Origin: Candidatus Bathyarchaeota archaeon
Lineage (GTDB): Archaea; Thermoproteota; Bathyarchaeia; 40CM-2-53-6
Direction: 5' to 3'
DNA length: 64,000 nt
Assembly: GCA_963733055.1 (NCBI GenBank)
Contig: CAVTBR010000001.1
Coordinates: forward strand, 320,001 to 384,000
In this document: piece after piece, positions 57,822-64,000 of the stretch
How positions within the stretch are numbered: the first letter of the stretch is position 1
Layout of the letters: each line of letters begins with the position of its first letter
Notes under the pieces: generated by a model
Told to the model about the DNA's origin: nothing
What the model saw: the letters and a program-made list of their open reading frames with translations, nothing else
Database searches by the model: none
Position numbers and translations under genes: made by a program

Positions 57822-58148
57822 CTACGTGCGCTTCTTTTCCTTTACTTCCAGCGTACGACCGCACTTCGCGCAAAACTTTGCTTCCAAGAGATTCTTGTGT
57901 TTGCAGACGGGACAAATTATCGAGGGCGCCGCGGTTAATGCCGATTTGGCTTTAACAAAGACAACATCGCCGATTCTTTCGATTTCGTCGAATGACAGGA
58001 AGGACTCCTCTTCATCTCCATATTCTATCACCAACGCCATTCTTCCATCGTCAGACCAAGCGAGATCCTTGGTCACTCCTAGTTTCTTGGCATCGGCATC
58101 GATTACCTCTTTGCCAACCACTTCTTCCCTTCGCTTCCACTGCACCAA
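57822..58148 (-). CDS. PRC-barrel protein with C-terminal zinc ribbon
   Basis: VVGKEVIDADAKKLG, IERIGDVVFV, CPVC...CAKC. Confidence 0.8.
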   Translation of the reverse strand: MVQWKRREEVVGKEVIDADAKKLGVTKDLAWSDDGRMALVIEYGDEEESFLSFDEIERIGDVVFVKAKSALTAAPSIICPVCKHKNLLEAKFCAKCGRTLEVKEKKRT

Positions 58149-58231
58149 ACCTAAAATCCCGTCCGCGTTGTGATTAGAACACCATTTGAGTATTTAGGTT
58201 TCAGCATTCGAGGACAGATGGTGACGATGGA

Positions 58232-59311
58232 ATGAATGAGAGATTGAATGCGCTCCATGGACTCATCTTGCCTATGGAAAAAACCCAGAGAACCCTCACT
58301 ATCCTGAAGGACATGGGGCTAAGACTCGAAGGATATGAACTTCGGAAAAATCAGACAATGATCATGATACCTCTAGCTGGCAAACCATCAGATCAACAAT
58401 GTGACACTTTGAGAAGAGAACTGGGTACATTTCAAATCCAGCCAGTGGCCTTTGAACGCAAAGTCTCCCGGCCAAAGAGTCTTCAGGAAGCGGTAGCTGG
58501 CCGGGTTCCGAATAACCTAATTTCAGTACTACCGCGTTCGTTCGACGTTATCGGCGATATAGCCATAATCGATCTGGCCCCCGAGCTAGGAGCCTACGCG
58601 ACGGAGGTCAGCAATGGGATCCTTCAGATCAGCCCGCACGTTCGGTTAGTTGCCAGAAAATCGGGGGAAGTGACTGGGACGTTTCGAACGCGGGACCTGC
58701 AAACGTTGGTGGGATCTGGCGGTATGGAAACGGTTCATCGAGAGTTCTCATGTAACTACCACCTCGACGTGTCTTCGGTGTATTTCAACCCGAGGCTCTC
58801 TCACGAAAGACTTCGGGTCGCGGATCAGATCAAGGAGAATGAAGATGTTGTGGACATGTTCGCGGGAGTCGGCCCATACTCAATTCTAATCGCCAAACTG
58901 CACCCGAGTTCGAGAGTGCACTCCGTTGACATCAACCCTTCAGCAGTCAAATATCTCAAGGAGAATATCTTCACAAATGGCATCGCTGACCGGGTAACAC
59001 CGCTGCTAGGAGACGTAAGAAGACTTTCAGAATCCGAATTGCATGGTATCGCTAGCAGGGTAATCATGAACCTGCCTTCTGAGGCAGAGAATTACATCGA
59101 TGCTGCGCTTCGAATCTTGAGAAAGGAGGGCGGGTTGATACATTTCTATAAGTTTGCTCAGAGGGATACCAGCGTTGACGTGATCAAAGAGTCATTCAAA
59201 TCTACTGTCGCGGCGGAGAACAGGGAAGTGAAGTCTTTTGATTTTTGTAAGCAGATCAGGGAGATTGCTCCGGGAAGAGTTCAGTTTGCGCTTGATGCTG
59301 CCGTTGCTTAA
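58232..59311 (+). CDS. trm5: tRNA (guanine37-N1) methyltransferase Trm5
   Basis: SFDVIGDI, YFNPRLSHER, DMFAGVGP, IMNLP. Confidence 0.9.
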   Translation: MNERLNALHGLILPMEKTQRTLTILKDMGLRLEGYELRKNQTMIMIPLAGKPSDQQCDTLRRELGTFQIQPVAFERKVSRPKSLQEAVAGRVPNNLISVLPRSFDVIGDIAIIDLAPELGAYATEVSNGILQISPHVRLVARKSGEVTGTFRTRDLQTLVGSGGMETVHREFSCNYHLDVSSVYFNPRLSHERLRVADQIKENEDVVDMFAGVGPYSILIAKLHPSSRVHSVDINPSAVKYLKENIFTNGIADRVTPLLGDVRRLSESELHGIASRVIMNLPSEAENYIDAALRILRKEGGLIHFYKFAQRDTSVDVIKESFKSTVAAENREVKSFDFCKQIREIAPGRVQFALDAAVA

Positions 59312-59312
59312 A

Positions 59313-59738
59313 CTAGATCTCGGCGATAATATGGATGGTTAGTTTGGCGTTTGGAGACTTCAAGGCGTCTATCAACCGCCTATCAAGGTCGCACGCGGCT
59401 TTATCGGCCCTGATCATTATCGTTCTATCGGAGGGGTACGAGGACTTCCTCCCAACCATTTCGGTTTGATGGGTGAAATTAAGCTCCGGACTTCCCTCTC
59501 CGCAGATGGCCTCAAACAGCCCCGCAACCTCAAGCTTCATGGTGATTCTAGACCCTTGTCGCATACACGCTTTCTTGAAGTCAAGGGACAATTGTCGCGG
59601 TCCCTTGGTAGCATCTACGGCGATAACGCAGTCCCCGCGTCTCGACAACTCAACATCTCGCGTGATCTCGAAGGTCATTCTATGCGTTCCTAACACGTTC
59701 GGGTGACCTCGGGCGTAGAGTTCTTCGACGAATTGCAA
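59313..59738 (-). CDS. DUF371 family protein
   Basis: GHPNVLGTH, GDCVIAV, ADKAACDLDR. Confidence 0.88.
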   Translation of the reverse strand: MQFVEELYARGHPNVLGTHRMTFEITRDVELSRRGDCVIAVDATKGPRQLSLDFKKACMRQGSRITMKLEVAGLFEAICGEGSPELNFTHQTEMVGRKSSYPSDRTIMIRADKAACDLDRRLIDALKSPNAKLTIHIIAEI

Positions 59739-59819
59739 TCCGATAATCAGCACCCTCAGGTTAGTAATGGTCTTTTGAACGTTTATTGGCCCGTCTCCAG
59801 CGTAGGGTTCAGGTGGAAA

Positions 59820-60503
59820 TTGAAGGACTTCGCGGAATTAAGAAGGCAAGCCGTCGCCGAACTCAAGGATGAAGGGCTGCTCAAAGATCCGAACATAATT
59901 CGGGCGATGGAGAAAGTACCCCGCGAAGAGTTCCTACCCCCCGAAGCCAGGTCGTACGCTTACATCGACTCGCCGATACCGATTGGTTATGGGCAGACGA
60001 CGAGCGCGCTTCACATGACTGCGATGTTCTGTGAGTACGGTGAAATGAAGTTGGGCCAGCGAGTGCTCGAGGTGGGAGGAGGCTGCGGCTACATGAGCTG
60101 CGTATACGCGGAAGTCGTCGCACCCCTAGAACAACCAAAGGAGGCCTGGGGACACGTGTGGTCGGCTGAGATAATAGAACAATTGGCAGCGTTTGGCAAA
60201 ATGAACGTGGAACGGCTGGGATATTCTGAAAGAGTCAGTTTCATAGCGGCAGATGCATCCGACGGCCTTAACGACGTCAAAGAAACATTCGATTTGATCA
60301 TCGTTACAAGTGCCGCCCCTGAGATACCAACCGAATTAACACTTCAACTCAACTCGGGCGGCTCTCTGATCATCCCAGTTGGCGGAGCCCAATTCTACCA
60401 AGAACTCTTCCGAGTGAGAAAGAACCCTGACGGACGCTTAACGCACGAGAATCTTGGGGGTGTGGCGTTTGTGCCCATGAGAGGAAAACATGGATGGCAC
60501 TAG
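59820..60503 (+). CDS. pcm: Protein-L-isoaspartate O-methyltransferase
   Basis: VPREEF, GQTTSA, VLEVGGGCGY, IPVG, FVPM. Confidence 0.92.
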   Translation: MKDFAELRRQAVAELKDEGLLKDPNIIRAMEKVPREEFLPPEARSYAYIDSPIPIGYGQTTSALHMTAMFCEYGEMKLGQRVLEVGGGCGYMSCVYAEVVAPLEQPKEAWGHVWSAEIIEQLAAFGKMNVERLGYSERVSFIAADASDGLNDVKETFDLIIVTSAAPEIPTELTLQLNSGGSLIIPVGGAQFYQELFRVRKNPDGRLTHENLGGVAFVPMRGKHGWH

Positions 60504-60575
60504 CCAGTCACCCAAATTGGTGAATTCGACTCTGCATCGTTAAATCCAACGAAGAGTACCCACCACCAGTGCTGG

Positions 60576-61607
60576 TTAGAAGTAGGATTCGAGCGTACTC
60601 TTCTTGTCAGATGAAAGTTTCGGAGCGAGCATCTTTGAGACCGCCTTCCGGACTCGTTCCTCGGAGAAGTCACGTTCTCCGCAGAGAAAGTCAACTACCT
60701 TCTGCTCATCCGGCGGAGACCAGTTGAGCGAGTAGTTGGGTGTCACAGGTGGGTCTAGGAAGATCTTTCGGATGCTATCCGTATCGGCCGGAAGCGCTAT
60801 CTCGGGATCACTATCCCTGAGCTTCTCAATGTTACCGTGTTCGCGGATCAGTTTCACGGCGGTCTTCGGGCCTATACCCTTAACCCCGTCGGGGTTGAAA
60901 TCCGTCCCGATCAATATCCCAACATCAATCAATTGCTCCCTACTCAACGATAACGCGTCAAGCACCCGCGACAAATCAATGATCTTTGGTTCAACTTCCA
61001 CGTACGCGTCTCGTCGGGGCAATTTTCTGCGGCCGGTGATTGCGAGGTTCTTTAGCATCCTCGGCGCGCCGAACAGCAATGAGTCATGGTCCTGTGAAGC
61101 CACACCCCAAACATCCCCTCGAGCAGCTATGAAAGCGGCCTGGGCCTCGCCTTCCGATGGTGCTTGGACCCACGCAACACCGAGAGCGTCGAGAAGCGTC
61201 TTCGCATCTTCCACCATCAAATCTTTCAATGATGAGGTAGCCTGCGCGTACACTCGAGCTTCCTCAAGCTTTCCTTCCCTGATGGCCGTTTCGTAGTGAA
61301 TCTTCGCTTCTTCTTTGACTCGGCGTCGCCTACGAATCTCCATATCCTTCATTTCAGGCGGTTTGCCATCGAAAACAAACGCAAGTTTGACTCCCCTCTC
61401 CGCAAGGTTTGCCGTTCTATACAGTAGTCCGCTCAGGTGACTTGTTACTCTCCCGCGTCTATCTTTGAGGGGGGTACCGTCGGGTTGCCTAATTATCGCT
61501 AGGAACTGATAGAGCGCGTTGTAAGCGTCCACCGCCAGAGTTCTATTCGACAGGCTATCGAGGGTGATCACCTGTTCTGGTATGATATCGGCAAGGTCAA
61601 CGCCCAA
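60576..61607 (-). CDS. fen: Flap endonuclease 1
   Basis: DAYNALYQFL, APSEGEAQ, GTDFN, C-terminal PIP-like STLESYF. Confidence 0.97.
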   Translation of the reverse strand: MGVDLADIIPEQVITLDSLSNRTLAVDAYNALYQFLAIIRQPDGTPLKDRRGRVTSHLSGLLYRTANLAERGVKLAFVFDGKPPEMKDMEIRRRRRVKEEAKIHYETAIREGKLEEARVYAQATSSLKDLMVEDAKTLLDALGVAWVQAPSEGEAQAAFIAARGDVWGVASQDHDSLLFGAPRMLKNLAITGRRKLPRRDAYVEVEPKIIDLSRVLDALSLSREQLIDVGILIGTDFNPDGVKGIGPKTAVKLIREHGNIEKLRDSDPEIALPADTDSIRKIFLDPPVTPNYSLNWSPPDEQKVVDFLCGERDFSEERVRKAVSKMLAPKLSSDKKSTLESYF

Positions 61608-62009
61608 ACTCGCTCTCGCCTTCGAGTTCAGGTTGGTGGCCGTCATTACAAAACTTGTCTGATGCAGGCGACTAACGGCGAGACGGCTTTAGTTGTTTGA
61701 GTAGTCTTCTCTGTGGTTCACGATTATCTCGCGAAGCTCGCCCTTTACGTAGATTTTGATTATTCTCCAATTGCCGTGCGTGTAGCGTTGCTCCAACAAG
61801 CCTTCCCTGCGGGCTTCCGATTCAAGGCGCATAATCAAATCTACGCCAACCAAATACGCCCCGACTGAGCTAGATTACAGGTTTAGACTCTAAAGACGCA
61901 AACCCCGAAGAACGCTGGAATGGTGTGGAACAGCGGTGCGGCATAATATTACGTGTCGGCGAAGGCCTCATTTATCGAATCGGGCGGCTTCTCATCCTGC
62001 TGCCTAACT

Positions 62010-62396
62010 TCAGATACGCGTTTCGCGGCCTGCGATGGCATAGGATTCGGGCAGCGCTTCCGATGCGAACAGATTGACCAGCGTGTTCGGACTGGCTTCG
62101 CCACTTAACCTTCCTATCCTGCCTTTCATGTGGCGCCACTTCAGTTGAGTTCGGCCACTTTTCGAGTTGTATATTATTCCAAGAACATTCGAAACCCTAG
62201 CGAACCTAAGGTCGCGTGCTTGGTGGACGGTCTCCTTATCCTCAGCTTCAACATACATTGTTCCGTTATCTGAGGATCGTTCGGGGTAGACGGTCTCATC
62301 TTCATCGAGTTCGGGTGGGATGTAAGATTGGCAGGTGCTCATTATCATGAATCGTCTGAACCTGTCTAGATCGCAGATAGAGTCTATCTTAACCAA
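62010..62396 (-). CDS. Conserved hypothetical protein
   Basis: 128-aa ORF with RBS-like GGTGGGG; no motif recognised. Confidence 0.6.
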   Translation of the reverse strand: MVKIDSICDLDRFRRFMIMSTCQSYIPPELDEDETVYPERSSDNGTMYVEAEDKETVHQARDLRFARVSNVLGIIYNSKSGRTQLKWRHMKGRIGRLSGEASPNTLVNLFASEALPESYAIAGRETRI

Positions 62397-62563
62397 AGCT
62401 ACTTCCCCACCACTCTAGCGAGTAGTTCGAGTAAGGTTTGCAACCCACTGTTTGAATTTGCCGGTCCACATTGATCAGCCTAAGGAAACGTTGCTAGTGA
62501 ATGGCCAGCAATCAATTTATAACCTGCAGAGTCGTGGCTGTGAGAACCCGCGAGGAGCATACG

Positions 62564-62758
62564 ATGAGTACAACGACAACTGAGAAAGTCATCCGTATGC
62601 CCACCTGTACCTGGTGCGCGCGAACTATCCTCCCTGGCGAGGGAGCGGTGAAGTTTCCATGCCCAAGCTGCGGGGAAGTAATGATTTGGCGCTGTGAGAA
62701 GTGTAGAATGTTCGGCCGGCCATATCGATGCTTGAAATGTGGCTACACAGGGCCTTGA
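62564..62758 (+). CDS. Zinc-finger protein (DUF1610/HVO_2753 family)
   Basis: Four CxxC motifs, FPCPSCG...IWRC...CGYTGP, directly upstream of EF-1beta. Confidence 0.9.
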   Translation: MSTTTTEKVIRMPTCTWCARTILPGEGAVKFPCPSCGEVMIWRCEKCRMFGRPYRCLKCGYTGP

Positions 62759-62779
62759 AATCAGCTGAGTTGAATCGTT

Positions 62780-63049
62780 TTGGCGAGAGTTCTCGCGTCA
62801 ATCAAGATTTTCCCGAACGACGCGAACATAGACCTGAACGCTCTGAAATCCAGAATACAATCCTCTCTTCCGGCCGGTTCAACGGTGGCGCGATTTGACG
62901 AAGAACCAGTCGCGTTTGGCCTAGTTGCCATCATAGCCCACATCGTCCTGCCTGAAGACGCAGCCGGTCAAATGGACAGTGTCGAGGAAGCCATTCGCGG
63001 CGTAGATCAGGTAAGTCAGATCGAAGTCTTGAGGATGGGTCGAGTTTAG
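62780..63049 (+). CDS. ef1b: Elongation factor 1-beta
   Basis: EEPVAFGLVAI motif. Confidence 0.94.
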   Translation: MARVLASIKIFPNDANIDLNALKSRIQSSLPAGSTVARFDEEPVAFGLVAIIAHIVLPEDAAGQMDSVEEAIRGVDQVSQIEVLRMGRV

Positions 63050-63252
63050 TTACGTTCGGTAACATTTATATCCGGTAATGTTACCTACAGTAACAGAATT
63101 TGAGCGGACAGAGGCATGGCAGTAGCTGAAGGCGATGTTCTGGAGGTAGAACGTATGCGAATTAAGGGCACGGAATCCGAAAGGAACTTTAATAGCACGA
63201 TTGACCGTCAAAACATCTCAACACGAAATCACCATTCGAGAGAGATTGAACC

Positions 63253-64000
63253 ATGAGTAGTCGCGAATCCTCCCTTAGAGTTGCTGATGCTAGGCAACGA
63301 GACGTTGGACACGGAAAAGTCAGAATAGATAACGATACGATGCAGAAGCTTGGTATAACTGCGGGTGACTTCGTCGAGATACACGGCAAGAAGATGACCG
63401 TCGCCGTAGCCTGGCCCGCGTACGCTGAGGACCAAGGCCAAGAGATCATAAGAATGGATGGGCTCATCCGCAGAAACGCGGGAGTAGCCCTTAACGAATT
63501 CGTAAGCGTGAGGAAAGCCGAAGTAAAGGACGCCCAAGCGATAGTTTTCGCCCCCACAGACGTTCGACTAAGTGTAGATGAGGAGTTCGTCAGCTTCGTC
63601 AAACGAAGATTCATGGATATGCCATTCATCGAAGGAGACATGACACTACTCTCGATTTTTGGAAGCGCAGTCCCATTAATCGTTACGCGAACCCGACCGC
63701 ACGGACCCGTTAAAATAAACGAAACGGCGCACGTTCAAGTGCTCAGTGAACCGACACCCGAAAAGAAAGGCATCCCAATCGTAACCTACGAGGATATCGG
63801 AGGACTCCACGAAGAGATTCAACGGATTCGTGAAATGGTTGAATTGCCATTAAGGCACCCCGAACTCTTTCAACGGTTAGGCATCGAACCCCCGAGGGGA
63901 GTATTCCTATACGGGCCTCCAGGATGCGGTAAGACCCTGCTCGCTAAAGCAGTCGCTAATGAATCCGACGCAAACTTTTACGTCATCTCCGGACCGGAGA
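63253..64000 (+). CDS. cdc48: Cdc48/VCP AAA ATPase (runs off window)
   Basis: Manual translation: [41 protein letters not shown]. Confidence 0.95.
   Translation, partial: MSSRESSLRVADARQRDVGHGKVRIDNDTMQKLGITAGDFVEIHGKKMTVAVAWPAYAEDQGQEIIRMDGLIRRNAGVALNEFVSVRKAEVKDAQAIVFAPTDVRLSVDEEFVSFVKRRFMDMPFIEGDMTLLSIFGSAVPLIVTRTRPHGPVKINETAHVQVLSEPTPEKKGIPIVTYEDIGGLHEEIQRIREMVELPLRHPELFQRLGIEPPRGVFLYGPPGCGKTLLAKAVANESDANFYVISGPE

Noticed and set aside
61689-61853. 54-aa minus-strand ORF (MVGVDLIMRLESE...) upstream of fen, starting like FEN1
   Set aside because: May be real, but the similarity is only four residues and there is no other support

Overview
Archaeal chromosomal segment, most consistent with a TACK archaeon such as a Bathyarchaeia member. 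This is an inference from the gene set, frequent TTG starts, AglH, FEN1, Cdc48 and multi-intron tRNAs. Housekeeping blocks cover alaS, the r-protein/translation superoperon, nep1, a nucleotide-sugar/N-glycosylation cluster, trm112, trm5, pcm, fen, EF-1beta and cdc48. They are interleaved with accessory DNA: a free-standing double-LAGLIDADG + winged-helix gene, an amino acid permease/amidohydrolase/GGT trio, an arsenic resistance cluster, three degenerate KaiC/RAD55-like genes, ppsA and large surface proteins. Main observations: (1) att-like repeats built on the tRNA-Gly 3' end (core TGGTGCG with inverted arms) bracket one-gene cassettes, with no integrase in the window; (2) an unannotated 36-aa microprotein copies the N-terminal coiled coil of the adjacent HTH regulator, in a small module with shared promoter motifs; (3) three tRNAs carry six BHB introns, all non-canonical, including a triple-intron tRNA-Gly; (4) the rpl18a-to-rpl11 block is inverted inside the conserved superoperon; (5) three frameshifts in short repeats look like sequencing errors. 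No CRISPR array, rRNA or transposase was seen.
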